Below, piece after piece: positions 1-8,497 of a stretch of 64,000 bases of DNA; position 1 is the first letter of the stretch, and every line of letters begins with the position of its first letter. The stretch is from IMG/VR virus record IMGVR_UViG_3300013947_000004; one strand, 5' to 3'. Made by a program: the position numbers and the translations under genes. Source of the stretch: a virus. Below the pieces are notes generated by a model. It was not told where the DNA came from, searched no databases, and saw only the letters and a program-made list of their open reading frames with translations.

Positions 1-46
1 AAGCCCCACCCCCACAAAGGGGCGAATGATGGGGGGGGTAGGCAAG

Positions 47-122
47 AATGGCTTAACCATGCGGTTTATGGGCTGTTTATTTATGTATAGTGGCTACAAA
101 TGGCTTAGTTATGCGGTTGATG
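47..122 (+). repeat. two 24-nt imperfect direct repeats AATGGCTTA-NNN-ATGCGGTT-N-ATG (47-70 and 99-122)
   Basis: Read directly; 20/24 identical, 52 nt apart. A partial third copy GGCTTAACCA lies at 367-376. Confidence 0.6.
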
Positions 123-129
123 CAGTTTT

Positions 130-760
130 TATGTGGTTTGATATACTGTAACCATCCCAAGCGGGACGGAAACGAAACGCAAAGGACGCCCACCGAGCTG
201 GGTTGTAGGAATACAAGGTCGGCTCGACGCAATAGTAAAAAGAAAAAAAATAAAGCCCCAGCCGTGAGGCAAACGGGTTGTTCTTTGAGAACAGAATATG
301 GTATCTTCCACCGGAAACGGTGGGAGTTGGCGACATAAAAAAGTTGCCGTGGTACCCGATGAAAACGGCTTAACCAAGCCGTTGGAGGGCTAAGCGTCAG
401 ATAGCCATGGTAGGCGGCGTGAGATTCGCGGTGTTGTTGCCTGAACTGGCTATTTAGTAGCCGGGAATGATAACGATTCTAATGGCATATTAAGTTGCAT
501 GCCTAGTGAGGGATTATCAATAATCAGAGGTACGTATGTATACTAGTCGTATCGAGGCTAAGGACCGGGAACGGTGCTTCTGGTTATGGTCGATGTGTCT
601 AGGGTATGGGAGTAGCGGATAGATACTTCTTATACTCTATATACTGTAACCAAAGGAACGGAATGTAAGTTTTTTCGCCCCGCTCGGAGTTGTGAAAAGA
701 CTTACATTTTAGACAAATAGATTGTCGTGCCGGGGGACGTTAAACACCGGCCCATGCTCA
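130..760 (+). ncRNA. candidate large structured non-coding RNA (family not identified)
   Basis: About 630 nt with no SD-preceded ORF, visibly GC-richer than the flanks. GNRA-capped stems on the + strand at 308-323 (CCACCG-GAAA-CGGTGG) and 564-575 (ACCG-GGAA-CGGT). Further hairpins at 364-383 and 729-751, and a 15-bp stem at 662-676/694-708. Confidence 0.3.
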
Positions 761-918
761 ATTAAGAGCAATTAAATGTATCCCGAGAAATCGGAGAATG
801 GAGAGGGAAAAATGAAATATTACATTTTGGAAAGTTGGGACGGGGTTCTATTTTTTGGAGGTGGTATAGAGAAAGAGGAATGTTAATCACCGAAAACAAA
901 GAAAGAGGGAATAAAAAC

Positions 919-1035
919 ATGACAACAACAAAAGAAATTAAAAACGAAGATTTGGTGCGGCTTTGGAATACATACTGTGATGTAGAGCACCGTCCCAAGG
1001 AACTTTTTGGTTTCAAAACCCGTTATGATTCTTGA
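919..1035 (+). CDS. small hypothetical protein (38 aa), N-terminal W-N-x-Y-C motif family
   Basis: ATG 919 with SD AGAGGGA 8 nt upstream. LVRLWNTYCD resembles the N-termini of 2351..2710 and 5702..5986. Confidence 0.35.
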   Translation: MTTTKEIKNEDLVRLWNTYCDVEHRPKELFGFKTRYDS

Positions 1036-1044
1036 TTTCCCGGT

Positions 1045-1079
1045 AGAGAAATCCGCAATGGATTGTCTCTATTTTCTTT
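1045..1079 (+). terminator. rho-independent terminator
   Basis: AGAGAAATCC-GCAA-TGGATTgTCTCT stem followed by ATTTTCTTT. Confidence 0.55.
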
Positions 1080-1110
1080 GGAACGGGTACTGGGAAAGGA
1101 AGTGTTAATC

Positions 1111-1239
1111 ATGACAGAATTAAAAAATTTAACCCCCCACGAAATTAATATTTTCGTGGACGGAGAACATTATATGGACATCCCTGTTTCTAGGATAATT
1201 GCAAGATGTTCCCAGGGTTTTTCTTGTAAGGGGGTGTAG
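1111..1239 (+). CDS. small hypothetical protein (42 aa)
   Basis: ORF MTELKNLTPHEINIF... with a weak SD; ends 3 nt before the next start. Confidence 0.3.
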   Translation: MTELKNLTPHEINIFVDGEHYMDIPVSRIIARCSQGFSCKGV

Positions 1240-1242
1240 AAA

Positions 1243-1896
1243 ATGAAGTACGAAGAATATATTGTTGACGGCGTTACCTATTGCCGTATCAATAAAACAG
1301 AGGCAAGAAAGATATACAATCAAGGAAGAAATGTATATCTTTGCCCTGTTCATATGAGATTAGATAGCCCATGGTCGGGAATACCTTACATAAATAATAA
1401 AAAGGATATGAGAGCAACTTTTAATGACCGTATATGCCAATACGAGATTTACAACTGCGACAGCGAACGCGGACAATACCTTAAGTACTTTAGGGAGGAA
1501 ATAATTATGAGAAAAGAACAAGTTGTAAAAAAATTGAATGAATTGTGGCTTAAAGTCTGCAACAAGCCGGGGTGGCGTCGTGGCGTATGCAAATACGCCT
1601 ACATCATTCTACGGCATGTAGATGACGATGTGGAATTACACCAGCTGGGGCTTTCAAAAGTCCTTTTAAATGGGGCGGAAAACTGGAAAGAATATTCTTA
1701 CGGGGGTTGCGCCCTTATTTATGACGGTGATATAGCGGAAGCATTATGCACCCAAAAAATGCTAGAAAAAAATAAGCACGGAGAGAAAGCCCCTAACGGA
1801 CGTGACAATTGGTTAGATGTCCAGTCCCGTGCCCTGTTCCACGCCTTTCAAAAGATATACGGAATTGTGGCTTCCGAAGCAGATGGGAAGTTATAA
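1243..1896 (+). CDS. hypothetical protein (217 aa)
   Basis: ORF track; SD GGGGGTG 6 nt upstream. No domain recognised. Confidence 0.6.
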   Translation: MKYEEYIVDGVTYCRINKTEARKIYNQGRNVYLCPVHMRLDSPWSGIPYINNKKDMRATFNDRICQYEIYNCDSERGQYLKYFREEIIMRKEQVVKKLNELWLKVCNKPGWRRGVCKYAYIILRHVDDDVELHQLGLSKVLLNGAENWKEYSYGGCALIYDGDIAEALCTQKMLEKNKHGEKAPNGRDNWLDVQSRALFHAFQKIYGIVASEADGKL

Positions 1897-1991
1897 CCCC
1901 TACTTTAATATATTTACCAAAGTTCAGAACAAAACGTTCTGAGCTTGAATAAGGGTATTAAACTCTTAAATAAAAAAATGGAGGGTTTATT

Positions 1992-2332
1992 ATGAAAAAA
2001 TTTTACTACGCTCGGTACTCCAGATTTGGAGTTAAAACGATATGGGGTGACACGGGAAATCCTACAGGGGTTTCCTAGCGTTCACCTCCAAAGCTTCACG
2101 TGATAATTGGGGAGATGACCACGAATGGGATTACTACCCGAATTGGTCAGCTTGCACGGAAACTAGGGAGAATGTTGAACAAGCTCTAGGAAAATTTATC
2201 ATCGTAAATGATAAAAGATGTGCAGATGGTGCATTGTCTGTATATAAATATAAAGGGGACTACGGAAATTTAAAAAAAATCAAAAATTGTTTGTACTGCT
2301 CGGTAAAGAAAGCCCGAGCATGGATGATATAA
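1992..2332 (+). CDS. hypothetical protein encoded in two frames (needs a -1 shift at 2054-2060, or is a frameshifted pseudogene)
   Basis: Frame 0 starts at ATG 1992 (SD GGAGGG) and stops at TAG 2076-2078 after 28 codons. The -1 frame is open 2051-2332, reads like protein, and has no start codon near its 5' end. The frames overlap at G_GGA_AAT. Confidence 0.45.
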
Positions 2333-2350
2333 AAAAGGGAGGAATTAATT

Positions 2351-2710
2351 ATGACAATTAGAGAACAGCTCTCAGAAAGTTTAGAAAATTTGGATTTCCA
2401 TAATCTCGTTACATTATGGAACCAATGCTGTATTGATTGTAACTACACGGACGATTATATCCATGAGAATAATGAGTACGAGATAGAAAACAGCTTCTCT
2501 AGTCCGTGGGAAGCATTGAGAAGTTCTTATTCTTACTCTACGGACGACGACTATTTTTCCTTTGATGGATACGGAAGATTAAATTCCTTTAGTGGAATGT
2601 GTTCTTATTGCCCAATTCAGATAGGCGATTTAGCAGACTGGTTAGAAAGTCATCCCGAATACTGGGATGAATTGGATGTAGAAGAAATGGAGGGAAACGA
2701 TAATGAATAA
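2351..2710 (+). CDS. acidic hypothetical protein (119 aa), W-N-x-C-C motif family
   Basis: ORF track; SD GGGAGGA upstream; LVTLWNQCC motif. Confidence 0.7.
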   Translation: MTIREQLSESLENLDFHNLVTLWNQCCIDCNYTDDYIHENNEYEIENSFSSPWEALRSSYSYSTDDDYFSFDGYGRLNSFSGMCSYCPIQIGDLADWLESHPEYWDELDVEEMEGNDNE

Positions 2711-3191
2711 AAAACAAATAGAAAAAATAGAAAACTTAGTACGGGAAATTATTGCTACAAATTTTCCTTGGTGGTACGTCCCTAGGGACGTAGAATATAA
2801 AACTTGTAATGCAATTCATTATTCCGGGGCTACGAAATTATGGAGAGACAACTATAGAGCAGTTATATCTTTGTCAGATAAATTTTCGCAAGAGGATGGG
2901 AATACACTAGTGCATGAATTAGTCCATGCATTCCTCCCTTTTAAGGAAATGCATGGAGAAAAGTTTCAATCCGTATGTAGGTTTATAGAAGGGCATACGG
3001 GATATAAGCCCAATATTCCGGTGGAACCTGTTCCGCCCAAGTATATAATCCGGTATTACAACAGAAATACCGGGGCTTACATAGGTTACAAAGCCCTTTA
3101 CAGAAAAGTAAAAATAGTAAAATTTTTACTATCTGTGGATTGTTTATGGAGAGACTCCGAATATATCGTGAAGCTGGAGGTGAGAAAATGA
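2703..3191 (+). CDS. SprT-like zinc metallopeptidase domain protein
   Basis: TLVHELVHAFLPF contains HExxH in an SprT-like context. Start overlaps the upstream stop. Confidence 0.55.
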   Translation: MNKKQIEKIENLVREIIATNFPWWYVPRDVEYKTCNAIHYSGATKLWRDNYRAVISLSDKFSQEDGNTLVHELVHAFLPFKEMHGEKFQSVCRFIEGHTGYKPNIPVEPVPPKYIIRYYNRNTGAYIGYKALYRKVKIVKFLLSVDCLWRDSEYIVKLEVRK

Positions 3192-3364
3192 GTAAGTACC
3201 GCAAAGATAAAAACGGGAAGCACTGGCAATCATTTGCCAGTCTTACCCCTTGGAATAAGGGTGTTTACATTCTTGAAAGTGTTGTAGACACCCTTAAAAT
3301 TGCTTTGTACTTTGTTGTAGGATGGTTCTTGTTTAGTTGTCTAATTTGCATATTAGGGGGGTAA
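3188..3364 (+). CDS. small membrane protein (58 aa)
   Basis: ATG 3188 with SD GGAGGTGA. C-terminal hydrophobic segment LYFVVGWFLFSCLICIL. Confidence 0.5.
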   Translation: MSKYRKDKNGKHWQSFASLTPWNKGVYILESVVDTLKIALYFVVGWFLFSCLICILGG

Positions 3365-3367
3365 AAT

Positions 3368-4579
3368 ATGAGAATACTGCATATTGAAAAGGACTACGCT
3401 ATAGTCCAAGGGAAAAGTAAAAAAACAGGAGGCATTATTCCCGTCGCTATCCCTACGTCGGAATTAGCCTACCCAGTTACTTACAAGGGAAATGAATATA
3501 AGAAAGAAGAAATTTCCTTTTGTTCCGATTGCGGAGATTTTATCCCAGCCGGGAATAAAGTTGTAATACAGGGCATGGTACTTTGCTCTGGCTGTTCTTG
3601 GAACTACATTCCTTGCACTAAATGCGGTGAAATCCACAACAAGAAGGTCGATATGGAATTTGTGGACGGAAGTTATATCTGCCACAAATGTATAGAGAAA
3701 GACGACTCTATACAGCTTTGCGATAGTTGCGGAGAATTTACCCATGTAGACAATCTTTCCAAAGTTGACGGTCGTTATATATGCCATGAATGCCTACATG
3801 TCATATACAGAGAATGTATAAAAGAGTATCACCTCTCCAGGAGTGTCCAATACTACTCCACACCTTATAAATCGGATACTCGGAGAAAAACAACCAAACT
3901 GTATTTAGGAATGGAGTTGGAAATGCCTTTCATCGGAGAGGATAATGGGGAACTGGCTTACAGTATCTTGAAAAATCCATACCTAAAAATAGAAAAGGAT
4001 ACCTCTATCAAGGATGGATTTGAGGTGATATCCGATGCCATGACCTTAGAAGTTTGGCAAAAAGAAGGGTTCAAAAGTATTGGTAACGCCGTATCCCTTG
4101 CCAAGAAAGAAGGGTTTAAAGAACACTTTAGTAGTGGAATTCATGTACATTTCCACAACGAGCCGTTTACACCAGAACAGCTAAAAAATATAGGGGCTTT
4201 CGTAATGCTCCATTATATCGACTGTATCAGATTTGGAAGGCGCGACCCACTCCATTTAGATTTTTGTGAGTCTATAGATGATACAGGGAGTATAATGGAA
4301 GATTGTAGAGGGCATAGAATGGCGGTTAATTTCGAACATCCTCTACATACAGAACTACGATTCTTTGCCACGTCGACAGATTTAAATCATATACAGGCAA
4401 TCTTGGAGTTTGTGTATTGCCTATGCATGACAGCTCTAAGAGTAAACAAACTATTCGAATGGGAAGACTTATACCAAACAGCGAAAAGTAGCGGAATATG
4501 CCCCCATTTTATAAAAGAATATGAAAACAACTTTAATTGCAAAGAAATAGAGGGATACGATTATACACAAGTTATGTAG
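3368..4579 (+). CDS. Zn-ribbon repeats fused to an amidoligase (Amidoligase_2-like) domain
   Basis: The N-terminus has four CxxC...CxxC pairs. The C-terminal half has LGMELEMPF, DGFEVISDAMTL and SGIHVHF, matching my recollection of the amidoligase family. Confidence 0.55.
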   Translation: MRILHIEKDYAIVQGKSKKTGGIIPVAIPTSELAYPVTYKGNEYKKEEISFCSDCGDFIPAGNKVVIQGMVLCSGCSWNYIPCTKCGEIHNKKVDMEFVDGSYICHKCIEKDDSIQLCDSCGEFTHVDNLSKVDGRYICHECLHVIYRECIKEYHLSRSVQYYSTPYKSDTRRKTTKLYLGMELEMPFIGEDNGELAYSILKNPYLKIEKDTSIKDGFEVISDAMTLEVWQKEGFKSIGNAVSLAKKEGFKEHFSSGIHVHFHNEPFTPEQLKNIGAFVMLHYIDCIRFGRRDPLHLDFCESIDDTGSIMEDCRGHRMAVNFEHPLHTELRFFATSTDLNHIQAILEFVYCLCMTALRVNKLFEWEDLYQTAKSSGICPHFIKEYENNFNCKEIEGYDYTQVM

Positions 4580-4591
4580 GGAGATGTTTAA

Positions 4592-4816
4592 ATGAAAATA
4601 AATGTAGAACAAACAGTTATATATTTGATTACAACGAGAGCATATGGGCATGGAGGGACACGTAAATCAATGCCCTGCCCTTCCCTACTCCCTTATCTGG
4701 AACACCCCGAACGGGTCGAGTGTGGTTCTAGATTTTGTGAGGAATGTATTGAGAAATATTTACTTAAGGCGGAGAAAGAATTTATAGGTAAATACGGGGA
4801 GGAATTTAAGATATGA
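4592..4816 (+). CDS. hypothetical protein (74 aa), Cys-containing
   Basis: ORF track; tightly packed in the operon. Confidence 0.5.
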   Translation: MKINVEQTVIYLITTRAYGHGGTRKSMPCPSLLPYLEHPERVECGSRFCEECIEKYLLKAEKEFIGKYGEEFKI

Positions 4817-5232
4817 GAGACGGGAAACAACTAAATAAAATAGCAAAGGAAATGATAAAGAAATTAAAGAATCACGGAATTACAATTCAGTATTACCATT
4901 CCATAACCTCTAACAGTATCTATTTAAAACTAGACTACGGGATGGCTCATTCTGTCCGCATTAGTGACCATCGAGGGAATACTAAACTAAGATACAGGTA
5001 TAATGTATCTCTAAATTTCCAGTCTACAAAAGTCGAGAGAATACCTAACAAGTTTGGGTTTAGATATTACGTATCTCCAACCAATGTGAACGAGCTAATA
5101 AAAATAATAGTTAAAGAAAGAGAGTCTAGAATACATTTTTTGACAAAGCAGAAATATGAAAAAGGAATGCAAATCAATTTTGCCCAAAATGAAGGGAGGG
5201 CTGGGTTTTGGAGTAAGTACAAATATGTTTGA
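4813..5232 (+). CDS. hypothetical protein (139 aa)
   Basis: ORF track; start overlaps the upstream stop. Confidence 0.6.
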   Translation: MRDGKQLNKIAKEMIKKLKNHGITIQYYHSITSNSIYLKLDYGMAHSVRISDHRGNTKLRYRYNVSLNFQSTKVERIPNKFGFRYYVSPTNVNELIKIIVKERESRIHFLTKQKYEKGMQINFAQNEGRAGFWSKYKYV

Positions 5233-5288
5233 CATATGTAGTTTGATGCAGTATTATTAAATCATCAAAAGATAAGGGAGGAATTTAT

Positions 5289-5684
5289 ATGGCATTTGTA
5301 AGCTTAGAAAAAGACTACTGGGATAAGATTGCACTATCCAATGGGATGTCTGACGACCATCTTACAGAAGAAATGAAGGATGAGTCGAAATCTCTCGCCG
5401 CAACTTGCGGTATTGCAGGACTTGTCGCCTTATACAGTGATGATAAGGACGTACAGTACTGCGGGAAACAGTTAAAACAAACTGCCTCCGATTTGGTGGA
5501 TAATATCATGTTTCCTGATATGATTAACCGCTATTGCGAGTTAGTCGACCGTATCGGGGGAATTATTGATGACTTAGAACAGTTTGACGAAAAAGCTCTT
5601 GCAAACTATGTCAAAGAAGAATTGGAATCAGCAAAAACAATCTATGATGATTGGAATTTATTTGGTAAATTTGCTACAATGTAA
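5289..5684 (+). CDS. hypothetical acidic protein (131 aa)
   Basis: ORF track; SD AAGGGAGGA upstream. Confidence 0.6.
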   Translation: MAFVSLEKDYWDKIALSNGMSDDHLTEEMKDESKSLAATCGIAGLVALYSDDKDVQYCGKQLKQTASDLVDNIMFPDMINRYCELVDRIGGIIDDLEQFDEKALANYVKEELESAKTIYDDWNLFGKFATM

Positions 5685-5701
5685 TTTAGGAGGAATTAAT
5701 T

Positions 5702-5986
5702 ATGGGAAAACAAGAATTAGAAAAAGTTGTCAGAAAAATTGTGCATTATTGGGATACTGACACTACTATCAGATATTGGAATCAATATTGCGATGAAATG
5801 GGATATGAAGATTCTCGAATCGTACCCGTCGGAGATTCTTTAGACGAGTATTGTAAGGAAGCTTATCCTGACGTAACTGGATATGATGTGTATGATTTAG
5901 GTTGCGACGATGGAGAAATTATAGATTGGCTCGTTAATGAAATTTATTACGGATATAAAAAATTGGAGGATTTGGATAGATTTTAA
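5702..5986 (+). CDS. hypothetical protein (94 aa), W-N-x-Y-C motif family
   Basis: SD TAGGAGGA upstream; IRYWNQYCDE motif. Confidence 0.65.
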   Translation: MGKQELEKVVRKIVHYWDTDTTIRYWNQYCDEMGYEDSRIVPVGDSLDEYCKEAYPDVTGYDVYDLGCDDGEIIDWLVNEIYYGYKKLEDLDRF

Positions 5987-6004
5987 AGAAGGAGGTACTT
6001 CCCA

Positions 6005-7273
6005 ATGGCTAGAGAATACAAGCCTTACATTTTACCAACTGAATTGCAGTTAAAAGATTACCAAAAAGATGGAGTTAAATTCTTACAATCCCATTGGGAA
6101 GCTATCTTAGCGGATGAGATGGGGCTGGGAAAGACAGTCACTATGTTAATGTCTATTAAGGATTGGATAGACAAACAGAATATGGAGGAGCAGTGCAAAC
6201 AAAAACGCTGTTTAATCATTACCCCAGCTTCCCTACAATGGACGTGGGTTAGAGAAATTCAAAGATGGTTTGGGGAGGAAAATTTCTATGACCTTTTCCC
6301 TCGTTGTGGTGATAGCTGTATCCAGCTTGATACTTATGAAAATTTAGATAAATGGATTCTCCACGAAAAAGGGAGAAGGGCACTTGTCGATATTTGGAAT
6401 ATCGACATGGTGCTATTTGATGAAGCCCATTACCTAAAAAATCCTAGCTCTAAGCGTCATTTTTACGCTAAAGAAGTTTCTAAGAGGTGTACCTATATTT
6501 ATCTACTTACCGGAACCCCCATGTCCTCTGGGCCTAAAGATTTAGCCGCATTATTAGATGTTATGTGGCAGTTAGATACTTTTGGGGGATACAAAACATT
6601 TTACCGGAAGTATTGTGACCCCTCTTGGAATGGTTTTGGATATGATTATTCTGGCGCATCCAATCAAGAAGAACTACATGAAAAATTAAAGCCTTACCTG
6701 TTAAGAAGAACAAAACAGAGCGTTGGGCTTAAGTTGCCACCTAAGACAGTCAAGAATATTTGTGTTGGGAGTATGGAACAGGAATATGCCTCCACGTTCG
6801 AAGAAATGGAAGATTATAGCCGCATGGTGAATAAAGAGAAATTCCCGTTGGCTGTAAATTTTATAGATAATTTACTAACCAACGGGAAACGACCTGTTAT
6901 ATTCGTTCATCACAAATCATTATTGAAAAAGTTTGTTAACAAGTATAAGGATAAGTGTGTAGCTATCTACGGGGGGCAGAGTAAAGACGAAAGACAGAAA
7001 TCAGTAGACAGATTCCAAGCGGGAGAAATCCCTATTATTATATGCTCCCTTATGGCATCAGCTGTAGGACTTACTCTTACAAGTAGTGATACTGCTGTAT
7101 TCCTTGAATATCTTTGGTCGCCAGATATTTCAAAACAGGCAGAAGATAGAATACACCGACTTTCACAAACAAAGCCTTGTACTATTTATAACCTGTATAT
7201 GAATTACTCAATCGAGCAACAAAAATTGCTAACAATTTATGCTAAACAATTAAGAACGGAGGGAATTTTATGA
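6005..7273 (+). CDS. SNF2-family (SF2) helicase/ATPase
   Basis: LADEMGLGKT (motif I), MVLFDEAHYLKN (DEAH box), LLTGTP, and helicase-C motif QAEDRIHRLSQ. Confidence 0.85.
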   Translation: MAREYKPYILPTELQLKDYQKDGVKFLQSHWEAILADEMGLGKTVTMLMSIKDWIDKQNMEEQCKQKRCLIITPASLQWTWVREIQRWFGEENFYDLFPRCGDSCIQLDTYENLDKWILHEKGRRALVDIWNIDMVLFDEAHYLKNPSSKRHFYAKEVSKRCTYIYLLTGTPMSSGPKDLAALLDVMWQLDTFGGYKTFYRKYCDPSWNGFGYDYSGASNQEELHEKLKPYLLRRTKQSVGLKLPPKTVKNICVGSMEQEYASTFEEMEDYSRMVNKEKFPLAVNFIDNLLTNGKRPVIFVHHKSLLKKFVNKYKDKCVAIYGGQSKDERQKSVDRFQAGEIPIIICSLMASAVGLTLTSSDTAVFLEYLWSPDISKQAEDRIHRLSQTKPCTIYNLYMNYSIEQQKLLTIYAKQLRTEGIL

Positions 7274-7488
7274 GTATGACCGCAGTATATATTATTTATT
7301 TTATTACAGCTCTTATCTACCTATTTCCTTTATGGTATGCTTTTAGATTTGCTAAACGTAAATTCAAAGAAAAGAAATATGTAAAATCTGTATTATCTGT
7401 ATTAGGTGGAATTATAGTTACAGCAATTTTAAAAGGTATCTTAAACGCAATAGTTAAAGCTTTTATTATGTCACAGGGAATCCATTAA
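7270..7488 (+). CDS. small membrane protein (72 aa)
   Basis: Two hydrophobic segments; ATGA-type overlap with the helicase stop. Confidence 0.55.
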   Translation: MSMTAVYIIYFITALIYLFPLWYAFRFAKRKFKEKKYVKSVLSVLGGIIVTAILKGILNAIVKAFIMSQGIH

Positions 7489-7504
7489 GAAATAGGAGAG
7501 TCTC

Positions 7505-7783
7505 ATGAAGAAATTAATTATCTTAATATACTTATTATTCACCCCTGTTTTACTTGTCTCCGTTGCCAATCCAGTTACCATTTATGCAAGCCAAGAAAGC
7601 TACGACGCAGGTTATCAAAGAGGTTATTTTTGTGGTAAAAATAATAGAATGATACCAGATAATTTATACGAAATGGATAGTGATTACCAACTAGGGTTCG
7701 ATAAAGGATTAAGCGATGGGAAAGATGAATTAGCCTACGAGATAAATAACCATCAGAGCAATTCTGTAGTGGTTTGGGGTTAA
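7505..7783 (+). CDS. small secreted or membrane-anchored protein (92 aa)
   Basis: N-terminal signal-like segment MKKLIILIYLLFTPVLLVSVA; SD GGAGAG upstream. Confidence 0.55.
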   Translation: MKKLIILIYLLFTPVLLVSVANPVTIYASQESYDAGYQRGYFCGKNNRMIPDNLYEMDSDYQLGFDKGLSDGKDELAYEINNHQSNSVVVWG

Positions 7784-7791
7784 AAAAAAAT

Positions 7792-7813
7792 AGCCGGGGA
7801 TTATTCCCCGGCT
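7792..7813. terminator. bidirectional terminator hairpin between convergent operons
   Basis: AGCCGGGGA-TTAT-TCCCCGGCT, flanked by an A-run on the left and TCTTTATTT on the right. Confidence 0.65.
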
Positions 7814-8259
7814 TCTTTATTTGTTTCCTCTTTTTCAAATCGGGATAATGCATCACGACTGAACCGAGATTCGATAGACACATATTTTGCCGTCTGTGTT
7901 TGATTTTTGTTAATCGGATTTAATCCAGCCCTATCAAGCATATCTTTTGTAGCTTGGAATCGGACTGATTCTGATTCGGCGTTTCTTGCCAAGTCTAGCA
8001 TGTTCTCTTTCATTTCCTGTGCTTCGTTCAAGAAGCTTTTCATCATTGCTTTCTGTCTATCTTCTATCGCCGTCTGGATTACTTTAAACTCCCCAACTTT
8101 ACTCGACGGGGCGTATCCTGCCACTTCCAGAGCTTTGGATTTAGAGCCGTGTTTCATATATTCTGTAACAAATTTATTCTGTTGCTCGGTAAGATTGCGT
8201 TTCTTCTTTTTTCTTCCGGGCTTTTTAAAAAAATCATGCTGTACACCTTTATTACCCAA
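7801..8259 (-). CDS. terminase small subunit-like HTH protein (Terminase_2-like)
   Basis: LTEQQNKFVTEYMKHGSKSKALEVAGYAPSS matches the remembered TerS P27-type N-terminal HTH. TTG start with SD AGGAGGTGA. Confidence 0.4.
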   Translation of the reverse strand: MGNKGVQHDFFKKPGRKKKKRNLTEQQNKFVTEYMKHGSKSKALEVAGYAPSSKVGEFKVIQTAIEDRQKAMMKSFLNEAQEMKENMLDLARNAESESVRFQATKDMLDRAGLNPINKNQTQTAKYVSIESRFSRDALSRFEKEETNKEAGE

Positions 8260-8280
8260 AGTATCACCTCCTAGGAATTT

Positions 8281-8309
8281 AGCCCCCGTTTGGGGGCTAT
8301 TTTTTTTTG
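8281..8309 (+). terminator. hairpin plus T-run oriented for the + strand inside a minus-strand operon
   Basis: AGCCCCC-GTTT-GGGGGCT followed by ATTTTTTTTT on the + strand only. Confidence 0.45.
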
Positions 8310-8497
8310 TTTAAATTAGACAAATACGTTGCTGGCATTACTCCAAACCGATAGGGATGTAAAGGGCATCTTCGTATTGGGCAAATATCAACACATTTAC
8401 TTGTCCCGTCACCACATTGGATACAAAATTTTCGAATTGCTTTTAGTGCTGATTGTGTTTTTGGCATATCGAAAGGAGTTGTTGGCTTCTTTTTCAT
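8297..8497 (-). CDS. small Cys-rich (zinc-binding?) protein (66 aa)
   Basis: CIQCGDGTSKCVDICPIRRCPLHP cysteine pattern. Confidence 0.55.
   Translation of the reverse strand: MKKKPTTPFDMPKTQSALKAIRKFCIQCGDGTSKCVDICPIRRCPLHPYRFGVMPATYLSNLNKKK

Noticed and set aside
90-377. Three mutually overlapping ORFs (82, 75 and 82 aa) on both strands
   Set aside because: They have no SD sites and low-complexity or Arg-rich translations, and they lie in a hairpin-dense GC-richer region. They are more consistent with non-coding sequence.
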